The notes under the pieces were generated by a model. The model searched no databases. It worked only from the letters and a program-made list of their open reading frames with translations, and had not been told where the DNA came from. A stretch of DNA of 32,000 nt, taken from Promethearchaeum syntrophicum. GTDB taxonomy: Archaea; Asgardarchaeota; Lokiarchaeia; Sigyniarchaeales; Promethearchaeaceae. Positions within the stretch are counted from its first letter, which is position 1. The number at the start of each line of letters is the position of its first letter. The stretch is from positions 120,001-152,000 of the forward strand of contig NZ_CP042905.2 in the NCBI RefSeq assembly GCF_008000775.2, in the 5' to 3' direction. Below are positions 1-7,249 of this stretch, one piece after another. The position numbers and the translations under genes were made by a program.

Positions 1-46
1 GAACTCATTTTCAAAAAAAGAATTATTTCTCCATATTTTTTCAATT

Positions 47-502
47 TTGAGTTATCAATTTAACGAAAATTTTGCTACTGAATTTTTAAGTCTTTATGAA
101 AAAATGACCTTTAAATTTTCGAAAAACACAGGAAAATTGAAACATATATATGCTAATAATATTTTACAAGCAAATTATAGAGCTTCTTTGGGAACTTTTT
201 CTTTAACAATTGATGCTGCAAAAAGAGTCCTAAATAAGATTAAGTTCCCTACTTTTCGAGTTCAAGTTCAATCTGATGTGTCAGAATTTATAGCAGATGG
301 AAAATCTGTATTCGCAAAACATGTTAAAACAGTAGATCCGAACTTAAGACTTGGAAATGAAGTATTTATCGTTGATGAACAAGATAACTTATTAGCTGTT
401 GGTAAATTATCTTTACCTCCAAATTATATCCCTTATTTTCAGTTTGGAAGTGCAGTTAATGTAAGACAAGGAATCAACTCAAAAAAAGCAAAAAAATCTT
501 AA
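47..502 (+). CDS. PUA-domain RNA-binding protein (Nip7-like or ArcTGT/ArcS C-terminal-like); start uncertain
   Basis: The C-terminal half (GKSVFAKHVKTVDPNLRLGNEVFIVDEQDNLLAVGKLSLP...VNVRQG) has the typical PUA-domain pattern. The track start is a TTG at 47, but this frame has no stop codon back to nt 2, so the gene may begin upstream of the window. Confidence 0.55.
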   Translation: MSYQFNENFATEFLSLYEKMTFKFSKNTGKLKHIYANNILQANYRASLGTFSLTIDAAKRVLNKIKFPTFRVQVQSDVSEFIADGKSVFAKHVKTVDPNLRLGNEVFIVDEQDNLLAVGKLSLPPNYIPYFQFGSAVNVRQGINSKKAKKS

Positions 503-526
503 ATCTAGTATTTGTTTTAAATAATT

Positions 527-1048
527 ATGGGAAAATTACCTAAAAGTATGCAAGAAAAAAAAAGAAAAGCTAAAGCTTTACGAACTCAAGGTTCGGCTCC
601 ATCTAATAAATCTAATGTTTCAAACAAATCCATGAATCGTCAAATGCGAAGACGAATGCAACAACAAGGTGTTGATGGAATGGAACCAATAGAAGCATAC
701 AGAGTTATTATCCAAACCGAAAATGAAGATTTAGTTATTGATGATCCTCAAGTTATAAAAGTAAAACAACAGGGAATGGAAGTTTTTCAAGTAATTGGAT
801 CTCCTAAGAAACAACCAGCCTCATCCTATAAAACTGGTCAAATTGATAATAATCTTGAGACTTCTGCAGATTCTGAAGAAATACAAGAAGAATTTGATGA
901 TGATAGTAATTTAAATGTCGAAATCACAGAGCAAGACATACAACTTGTTTCAATGCAAACCGGAGTTACTCCTAAAGAAGCAGAAAGGGCACTAAAGGAA
1001 ACTAATGGAGATTTAGCTCGTGCTATTATTAATTTAAAAACAAAATAA
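527..1048 (+). CDS. nac: Nascent polypeptide-associated complex protein (NAC domain plus C-terminal UBA)
   Basis: NAC-domain core EAYRVIIQTENEDLVIDDPQVIKVKQQGMEVFQVIG and C-terminal UBA-like ITEQDIQLVSMQTGVTPKEAERALKETNGDLARAIINL. A basic N-terminal extension and an acidic linker are also present. Confidence 0.9.
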   Translation: MGKLPKSMQEKKRKAKALRTQGSAPSNKSNVSNKSMNRQMRRRMQQQGVDGMEPIEAYRVIIQTENEDLVIDDPQVIKVKQQGMEVFQVIGSPKKQPASSYKTGQIDNNLETSADSEEIQEEFDDDSNLNVEITEQDIQLVSMQTGVTPKEAERALKETNGDLARAIINLKTK

Positions 1049-1099
1049 TCTATAGTAAAGCATTGTATAGTAATTTTTTTTTAACGTATTTAATTTGGT

Positions 1100-1417
1100 A
1101 TGATTGAAATGTCTGTTATTGCAGCGAAAAAAGCAGAGCAAAAAAAAGGTCCAGAAGCAATTTTCCTTTATATGGGACTAACTTTTGGTGTGGTAATAAT
1201 TCTTGAATTATTCCTATATCTGGTCTTTAGTTGGGAATTATCACAATCTTTTATGGTAAGTATAATGTATTTTCTAATGTTAGGGGCTTTATGTATTGGA
1301 ATAACATCATTTATTCGTGAGCACTCATTGCAATATTCAAATTTTAAAAATTGGTTTTATAGCTTTCTTTTTATAAGTATATTAGTAGGAGCAGTTTTAG
1401 GGGCATATATGTGGTAA
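1100..1417 (+). CDS. Small integral membrane protein, unknown function
   Basis: The 105-aa ORF has about three hydrophobic helices (IFLYMGLTFGVVIILELFLYLVF, MVSIMYFLMLGALCIGITSFI, FYSFLFISILVGAVLGAYMW). No recognisable motif. A T-run follows the stop codon. Confidence 0.45.
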   Translation: MIEMSVIAAKKAEQKKGPEAIFLYMGLTFGVVIILELFLYLVFSWELSQSFMVSIMYFLMLGALCIGITSFIREHSLQYSNFKNWFYSFLFISILVGAVLGAYMW

Positions 1418-1432
1418 TTTTCTGTTTTTTTT
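1418..1432 (+). terminator. Oligo-T tract after the small membrane protein gene (possible archaeal terminator)
   Basis: A T8 run at 1425-1432 lies just after the stop at 1415-1417. Archaeal RNAP terminates at oligo-T, but T-runs are common in this AT-rich DNA. Confidence 0.3.
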
Positions 1433-1459
1433 ATTAAAACTCAGAAAAAATCAAGTTTA

Positions 1460-1813
1460 TTAATTTCTCTTTAAGATTTTAATTCTCTCATCAATTGTTT
1501 CCAAGAAGTGTAAATTCGGAGACCCTTGAGCAATATTAGCAGCAATGTTATAAGTACGAAGCGCATCTTGTTGATATCCACATTGTTCTAATAAAAACCC
1601 TTTTTCTGCAATTGTTTTTGCTAATCCAAGTTTATTTGGTAATTGTTGTTTAATAGCGATAACTTGATTAAATAAACTTAATGCAAGATTATATTGACCT
1701 TGAAATTTAGCTTTGTGAATTTCCTGCTCGAGTTTAAAGAGATTTACAATTTTTTTCATTGGCGATAAGTTACCCATATAAAGCTGATTAAAAATAAATA
1801 ATTTGAAATTCAT
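1460..1813 (-). CDS. Hypothetical protein, TPR-like helical repeat
   Basis: The 117-aa ORF has helical repeat-like segments (YNLALSLFNQVIAIKQQL..., KGFLLEQCGYQQDALRTYNIAANIAQ) resembling TPR-type A/B helices. Assignment is weak. Confidence 0.4.
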   Translation of the reverse strand: MNFKLFIFNQLYMGNLSPMKKIVNLFKLEQEIHKAKFQGQYNLALSLFNQVIAIKQQLPNKLGLAKTIAEKGFLLEQCGYQQDALRTYNIAANIAQGSPNLHFLETIDERIKILKRN

Positions 1814-1881
1814 TGATATTGAGAAAACATGTGTATATTACATAATCAAAATTTTAATTTTAAAACCATTTATAATATTTA

Positions 1882-2580
1882 ATGAGTATGAGAAATACTG
1901 ATTCAAACCATTCAAAAGTATCTGTTGAAATTAAATGCTCAATTGAAGGTGATTTGTCAAATCTAATCTTAATTTTCAGTTTAGATAAAGGAAATACATG
2001 GTATTCAGTAGATATGGTAAAAACTGATTTAATATATACTGTCACATTACCAGATATTTCCAAGGGAACAATAATATTATATTCGTTTAAAGCTGTTGGG
2101 TATGACGGAGAAGAATTTATTGAAGATAATAATGGCATGTATTACTCACAAATTGCGGGACAAGATGATATTGAATATAAATCAAAAGAAACACTTAATC
2201 AATCTGCCCCTTTACCAGATTTAAATGAAAGTGGTTTTTTAAACACAGAAATAGTTAATTTCCCCTCAGAATTTGCTGATGTTTCTGAAAAGAGGAATGA
2301 TTTACAAGATACAAATTTAATCGATTCAGAAGAAAAAGAAATAATACGTCCGATAATTCCATATAATCCATTTTCTCCAGAGGATGGAGATATTGGGGAA
2401 ACTCTGAATACATTTCAATCTTTTTCTAAAATTATTGGAGCAAAAAAAACAAATCCTCCTGTAAAAAGAAGAAGTTTTATTAAAAGAGCTCAAATAATTA
2501 ATAAAAAAAGATGTTCCAAGTGTAAGGCAAATTTAAAAGTAGATTGGAGAATATGTCCAATTTGTGGCACAAAAACTTAG
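1882..2580 (+). CDS. Hypothetical protein: N-terminal beta-sandwich-like domain, acidic linker, C-terminal zinc ribbon
   Basis: The N-terminal ~95 aa (GNTWYSVDMVKTDLIYTVTLPDISKGTIILYSFKAVGYDGEEFIEDNNGMYY) resemble a CBM/Ig-like beta-sandwich pattern. An acidic low-complexity linker follows, then KKRCSKCKANLKVDWRICPICGTKT (CxxC-x9-CxxC). This ORF is longer than the overlapping antisense ORF 1860..2138. Confidence 0.55.
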   Translation: MSMRNTDSNHSKVSVEIKCSIEGDLSNLILIFSLDKGNTWYSVDMVKTDLIYTVTLPDISKGTIILYSFKAVGYDGEEFIEDNNGMYYSQIAGQDDIEYKSKETLNQSAPLPDLNESGFLNTEIVNFPSEFADVSEKRNDLQDTNLIDSEEKEIIRPIIPYNPFSPEDGDIGETLNTFQSFSKIIGAKKTNPPVKRRSFIKRAQIINKKRCSKCKANLKVDWRICPICGTKT

Positions 2581-2750
2581 TAATTTTCTTGATCTAGATG
2601 TATTAGGAATCTTCTTAATATAAATGAATAAAAATTTAAATTAAGTTTAAATTGATTAATTAGAGGAAATTTCAAATTATTTTTAGAAATTTTTTATTTT
2701 TTATTTAAGCAAATAATAGAATAAGTATAATTTTTTAAAAGGCGGATATA

Positions 2751-4304
2751 ATGGCAGAGGATTATGACTTTCTCTTTAAATCAGTAGTTGTTGGTGATGG
2801 AGGTTCTGGAAAAACAGCTGTAGTTGTTAGATTTTCTCAAGGTTTTTTCCAGGAAAACTATAAATTAACAATTGGAGTAGAATTTGCAGTAAAAACAATT
2901 AATATCAACAATTACAATGTTAAACTTCAGATTTGGGATACTGGAGGCCAAGAGAGATTTCGTTATGTTCGTCCTTTATATTACAAAGGATCAATGGGAT
3001 GTATTATTCTATTCGATTTAACAAATCGTGAAAGTTTTGATCATGTTCCAAAATGGCTAGAGGAAGTAAAGAAAGAATCAGGAAATATTCCAATTCTTTT
3101 GGTTGGAAATAAAAGTGATTTAATTGATGAGAGAACTGTATCGCTTGAAGAAGCATTACAAATATCTAAGGATTTAAACATGTTTTATGTAGAATCCAGC
3201 GCTAAAAATGGTAATGGAGTAGGCGATGTTTTCGCAATTCTTTCACTTCTAATGATTGGTGAAGATATTCCTCCTGAAATGTTGAATATTAATATTCCAG
3301 GAGGATCTGGAATTAAACAGAATTTAAATATGCCCAAATCACAAAAAAAAATTCAAGAAGAAAAATCAATTTCACCTCTTAAACCTAGTCCAATTTCTAC
3401 AACCGTTGTAAAACCTTCTCCAATATCTAAACCCAATATTAATTTAGGTTTTAATTCTGAAGTGTCTAAAAATCAGAAAGAACCAGAATGGTTTGCCCCT
3501 GCTGTCTCCCCGAAACCTAAACCAGAACCCAAATCTTATATACAACCTGATCTTAAACCAGAACCTAAACCCTATATACCACCTGAACGTAAACCGGAAC
3601 CTAAACCCTATATACCACCTGAACGTAAACCAGAACCTAAACCTTTTATACCGCCAGAACCTAAGCAAGAATCTAAACCATTTACATCAACTAGTCCTGT
3701 TGAGAAATTAAAAAAATCTGAAAACCAGGATCTATTCTCAGCTAAAAAATTAAAAGAATCATCTCCAAAATCAGAAAAAGGGAATTTTTTTGCTCCATCA
3801 GTTCCAAAAAAGCCTTCAATTAATCAAGCTCAAAAAATGGGTTCATCTATAAGTAAAAATCCATTTTTAACTCAAAATTTAGAACCAATATTACCAAAAA
3901 AAAGTTCTAATATCTCTTATAATGCGAATGTGATAAATGCTAATAAACCAAAAGAAAAAGAAGATTCATCATTATTGTTTAATACTTTGAAAGAAACTTT
4001 GAAAGAATCTGGAGAAAATAAATTAAAAAAACACCCTAAAAATGAATTTTTGAAAGAAACTGGAGGCTTATTTTCAAATAATGAACCTAAAAATAAATCC
4101 TCTTGGGGATTTATGGCAAATGTAAATAAACCATCCAGTCTAGAATTACAGAATAAAAGTAATTTATCTTTTAAGCCTTCTGATGAAAAATCTATTCCTA
4201 AACATAAAGAAATTCAAGATAAAATGAAAGTAAAATGTCCTCGTTGTGGATCTCTTGTTAACAAACATTTTAAATTCTGTAATAAATGTGGAAATCGAAT
4301 TTAA
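2751..4304 (+). CDS. Rab/Ras-family small GTPase with long disordered Pro/Lys-rich C-terminal extension and terminal zinc ribbon
   Basis: All five G motifs are present: G1 GDGGSGKT, switch I TIGVEF, G3 WDTGGQERF followed by RPLYYKG, G4 GNKSDL, G5 SSAK. About 300 aa of low-complexity sequence follow, with 12-aa KPEPKPYIPPER repeats. The protein ends in CPRCGSLVNKHFKFCNKCGNRI. Confidence 0.9.
   Translation: MAEDYDFLFKSVVVGDGGSGKTAVVVRFSQGFFQENYKLTIGVEFAVKTININNYNVKLQIWDTGGQERFRYVRPLYYKGSMGCIILFDLTNRESFDHVPKWLEEVKKESGNIPILLVGNKSDLIDERTVSLEEALQISKDLNMFYVESSAKNGNGVGDVFAILSLLMIGEDIPPEMLNINIPGGSGIKQNLNMPKSQKKIQEEKSISPLKPSPISTTVVKPSPISKPNINLGFNSEVSKNQKEPEWFAPAVSPKPKPEPKSYIQPDLKPEPKPYIPPERKPEPKPYIPPERKPEPKPFIPPEPKQESKPFTSTSPVEKLKKSENQDLFSAKKLKESSPKSEKGNFFAPSVPKKPSINQAQKMGSSISKNPFLTQNLEPILPKKSSNISYNANVINANKPKEKEDSSLLFNTLKETLKESGENKLKKHPKNEFLKETGGLFSNNEPKNKSSWGFMANVNKPSSLELQNKSNLSFKPSDEKSIPKHKEIQDKMKVKCPRCGSLVNKHFKFCNKCGNRI
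3519..3662 (+). repeat. Four tandem 36-bp (12-codon) repeats inside the GTPase tail
   Basis: Units are 3519-3554, 3555-3590, 3591-3626 and 3627-3662. They encode KPEPKSYIQPDL, KPEPKPYIPPER, KPEPKPYIPPER and KPEPKPFIPPEP. Units 2 and 3 differ at a single nucleotide. Confidence 0.9.
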
Positions 4305-4306
4305 AA

Positions 4307-4624
4307 ATGAAAGAATTTACAATTAAAGAGATTCAAGAACTTGTTGATGACCTAATTCAAACAATGAATGGATATTGGCCTCCTTTAGCCATGCTAGCCT
4401 CTGTTACAGAAGAATTAGGGGAATTAGCAAGAGAAATTAATGCTTTGGAAAAAATTAAAATTAAAAAGTCCTCAGAAATTAAAAAAAATATAGGTGAGGA
4501 ATTAGCAGACCTTCTATTCAGTATAATCTGCATCTCTAATTTTTATAAAATAGATATTAATTCAGAATTTAAGCAAGTCATGGAAAAATATCAAAAAAGG
4601 GATAAAAATAGATTTCTAAATTGA
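4307..4624 (+). CDS. MazG-like nucleoside triphosphate pyrophosphohydrolase domain protein
   Basis: Paired EExxE/ExxD helices typical of all-alpha NTP-PPases are present (VTEELGELAREI and IGEELADLLFSIICI). The likely start is the ATG at 4307, 2 nt after the GTPase stop. The track start at 4286 overlaps the GTPase. Confidence 0.75.
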   Translation: MKEFTIKEIQELVDDLIQTMNGYWPPLAMLASVTEELGELAREINALEKIKIKKSSEIKKNIGEELADLLFSIICISNFYKIDINSEFKQVMEKYQKRDKNRFLN

Positions 4625-4993
4625 AGTAAAAATTTAATTCTAATTAAAATCAAAATTATAGTCTTCAGTTTCTTGATTTGAACTTATTTCTTCTACTATT
4701 ATTGCATATTCAATGTAAAATTTAGTTATTTTATCTAATAATATTGAAAAAATATTCAAACCTATCTGATTTTTAGACATTGCTCTCCCTATTTTTTTTA
4801 AATTTTCACTAAAAGTAATAAAGAAGCAAATTTCACCCTTATAAAACTCAGTTCACACTTTAAAATGAAAAAATGAGTATTTTATTGTTCATATAGGATT
4901 TTAATTAAACAAATGAATATTATCTTGAGAATTTTTTTTATAATTAAAAATTGAAATATAATACAGAGATGTATCGTTTTCTTTATTCTATTT

Positions 4994-5368
4994 CTAAAAT
5001 TGTTTTTTCCAATCTTTAAATTCTATATCTTTAAATTTCAATACAATAAATTGATTCAAACTTTCAGATAATTTCTGAGCAAAAAGGTGTTTACACATTT
5101 GAAATTTTTTCTGCCGATAAATTGAATTGATGAGAAAATCTTGACATTGGCAATATATCTTAGGATAGACCAGATAGGTTTTCTTAGCTCCTTCTACGGA
5201 CCAGACTTCCAAGTTAGATGGTAAAAATGTATTTTTTTTTACTTTGGGTCCGTCTTTTTGTATAAATTCAAGTGATTTATAGAAAAGACCATCATATTCT
5301 TTCTCAAATAGATGAATTAATTGAGCTGAAAATTTTTTTTCATGGGATAATTTCTCAAATAAATCCAT
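4994..5368 (-). CDS. SWIM-type zinc finger protein
   Basis: The sequence CQCQDFLINSIYRQKKFQMCKH fits the SWIM signature CxC-x(n)-CxH, with n=16. Confidence 0.7.
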   Translation of the reverse strand: MDLFEKLSHEKKFSAQLIHLFEKEYDGLFYKSLEFIQKDGPKVKKNTFLPSNLEVWSVEGAKKTYLVYPKIYCQCQDFLINSIYRQKKFQMCKHLFAQKLSESLNQFIVLKFKDIEFKDWKKQF

Positions 5369-5388
5369 ATTATCAAAGTTATATTAGT

Positions 5389-5871
5389 TCAATTGATTTT
5401 TAAGCTATACTCAAAATTTCCAGCAATACAATTTTCAAGAAATGAAACCAACATTTCAATTTCCTTTCCATGTCTTCCAATAAGGAATTTTCTGAATTTT
5501 TTAGGAGCATTTAATAAGATTTCAAATGAATTTTGATTAAATTCTATGGATACTTCTAAATCTTTAATACTAAAATACCAATTTTCAATAATTTCTTTTA
5601 ATTCTTGAGAGAATTTTATAAATCTGATATGAAAATAAGGTTTTGCATTACCAAATTTCAAATAATCATTCCATTTTCTTAAAATCTCTTGGTAAACAAT
5701 CGGATCGACGAAACAAATTACACATTCTTCATGTATGTAAATCAATACCGGCTCAATATCAATTTTATTTTTTTTAAAAAACTGGAACCATGCAAGATGA
5801 GTGCTAGTGTAAGTGATATGAAAATTTACATAATGGGGTTCGACAATTGCTAAATCAGATGTTGAATTCAT
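5389..5871 (-). CDS. Hypothetical protein with C-terminal KH-like GxxG segment
   Basis: The 160-aa ORF lies directly upstream of the SWIM gene on the same strand, 20-nt gap. The segment FLIGRHGKEIEMLVSFL resembles a KH-domain GxxG loop. No other motif was recognised. Confidence 0.5.
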   Translation of the reverse strand: MNSTSDLAIVEPHYVNFHITYTSTHLAWFQFFKKNKIDIEPVLIYIHEECVICFVDPIVYQEILRKWNDYLKFGNAKPYFHIRFIKFSQELKEIIENWYFSIKDLEVSIEFNQNSFEILLNAPKKFRKFLIGRHGKEIEMLVSFLENCIAGNFEYSLKIN

Positions 5872-5932
5872 AATAATTTTAGAATTTTCCTAATGGATTT
5901 AAACCCCGAAAAATTGAATAATATGATTATCT

Positions 5933-7249
5933 TTGAAAATTTTACTTTTTCCCACTAGATTTTTCCCGGCGATTTCAGGAGGAGATTTTTATCTTCAACG
6001 TTTAGGAAAAGAATTTTTAAAAATAAATAAAGTAAATTTAAAACAGAGTCAAAATCAAATATTATTCTTAACGACAAATGCACTTGATTTTGGGGCATTA
6101 CATGGAAAGGGAAAGATTATTGTTGAAAATCATAGATATTATGAAAAATTTGAAAACTTATCGATTAAGCGTTTTAAATCCTCCCAAAATAATCAAAAAA
6201 ATGGAAATTTTCAAGAAAACTTTTATTTACAAGAATTATGCTCTAAATATTTAGGATTATCACATGAAATTTCTGAGATATTAATAAAAAATGGACCAAT
6301 TTTACGTGATTTAGATAAATTATTACTATCTAAACAATTTGAAAAGATACTCCCATTTAAACCAGATGTAATTCATTGTACTTATTTACCCTATTCTAAT
6401 TTGTTATATTCCCTAATAATTGCTAAATATTTTAATATACCTTCAATAGTAACTCCATTTCTCCATGATTCTAATTTACGATATCAAAATCAGGAGATAT
6501 TCGAAATTCTTAAAAAATTTGATAAAATAATTGCATGCACTAATCATGAAAAGAATTTATATATATCAAATGGGATTAAAGAGGAAAAAATACATGTTTT
6601 TCCTATGGGAATTGATATAAATCGATTTCAAAAAGATTGTCGGAGTGATTTCCTGAAATATTATTCAATTAAGTCTCCAATTCTGTTATTCTGTGGCCAT
6701 AAAAATTACGAAAAAGGCGCTTTAACAATATTAGATACAATTCCTTTAGTTATTAAGAAGTATCCAAATATTTCATTTATATTTATTGGGTCTCCTACAA
6801 AAGCATTCAATTATAAATACGGAAAAATCAGGAAAAATTACCCGTCATTACAATTTATAAATATATCACCAGATAACTTATCTGGCATTTTTGATCCGCA
6901 GAAAATTGGGGCTTTTCAACTAACAGACATCTTCTGCATGCCAAGTAGATCTGATGCTTATGGAATTGTTTACTTAGAAGCATGGGCTTGTAAAAAACCA
7001 GTTATTGGTGTAGATAATGATTCAATGCGTGAAGTTATTGAACATGAAAAGGATGGAATTCTTGTAAAATTTGACGATGTTGAAGATTTGAAAAACGCAA
7101 TTATTAATTTGTTGAAAAATCCAAAAAAAAGAAAAGAAATGGGAGAAAATGGTTTTCTTAAAGTCTCAAATTTAAATAATTGGAATGAAATAGGAATAAA
7201 AACAATGCAAATTTACACACAAATAAGGAAAACTAGTAAAAATGAGTAA
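5933..7249 (+). CDS. Glycosyltransferase, GT4 (GT-B) family
   Basis: The C-terminal retaining-GT4 pattern is present: FCMPSRSDAYGIVYLEAWACKKPVIGVDNDSMREVIEHEKDGILV (EX7E-type motif). TTG start. Confidence 0.8.
   Translation: MKILLFPTRFFPAISGGDFYLQRLGKEFLKINKVNLKQSQNQILFLTTNALDFGALHGKGKIIVENHRYYEKFENLSIKRFKSSQNNQKNGNFQENFYLQELCSKYLGLSHEISEILIKNGPILRDLDKLLLSKQFEKILPFKPDVIHCTYLPYSNLLYSLIIAKYFNIPSIVTPFLHDSNLRYQNQEIFEILKKFDKIIACTNHEKNLYISNGIKEEKIHVFPMGIDINRFQKDCRSDFLKYYSIKSPILLFCGHKNYEKGALTILDTIPLVIKKYPNISFIFIGSPTKAFNYKYGKIRKNYPSLQFINISPDNLSGIFDPQKIGAFQLTDIFCMPSRSDAYGIVYLEAWACKKPVIGVDNDSMREVIEHEKDGILVKFDDVEDLKNAIINLLKNPKKRKEMGENGFLKVSNLNNWNEIGIKTMQIYTQIRKTSKNE

Noticed and set aside
1860-2138. 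Minus-strand 92-aa ORF overlapping the start of ORF 1882..2580
   Set aside because: It is shorter and has no motif. The plus-strand ORF is 232 aa and ends in a clear zinc ribbon.
3444-3711. ORFs 3444..3668 (minus) and 3493..3711 (plus, alternative frame) over the repeat region
   Set aside because: They are created by the periodic 36-bp repeats, which lack stops in several frames. The in-frame GTPase ORF explains the region.
4640-4780. 46-codon minus-strand ORF (MSKNQIGLNIFSILLDKITKFYIEYAIIVEEISSNQETEDYNFDFN) in the 369-bp intergenic region after the MazG-like gene
   Set aside because: No motif, and it is below the size at which chance ORFs are rare in this composition. It might be real but cannot be supported from sequence alone.
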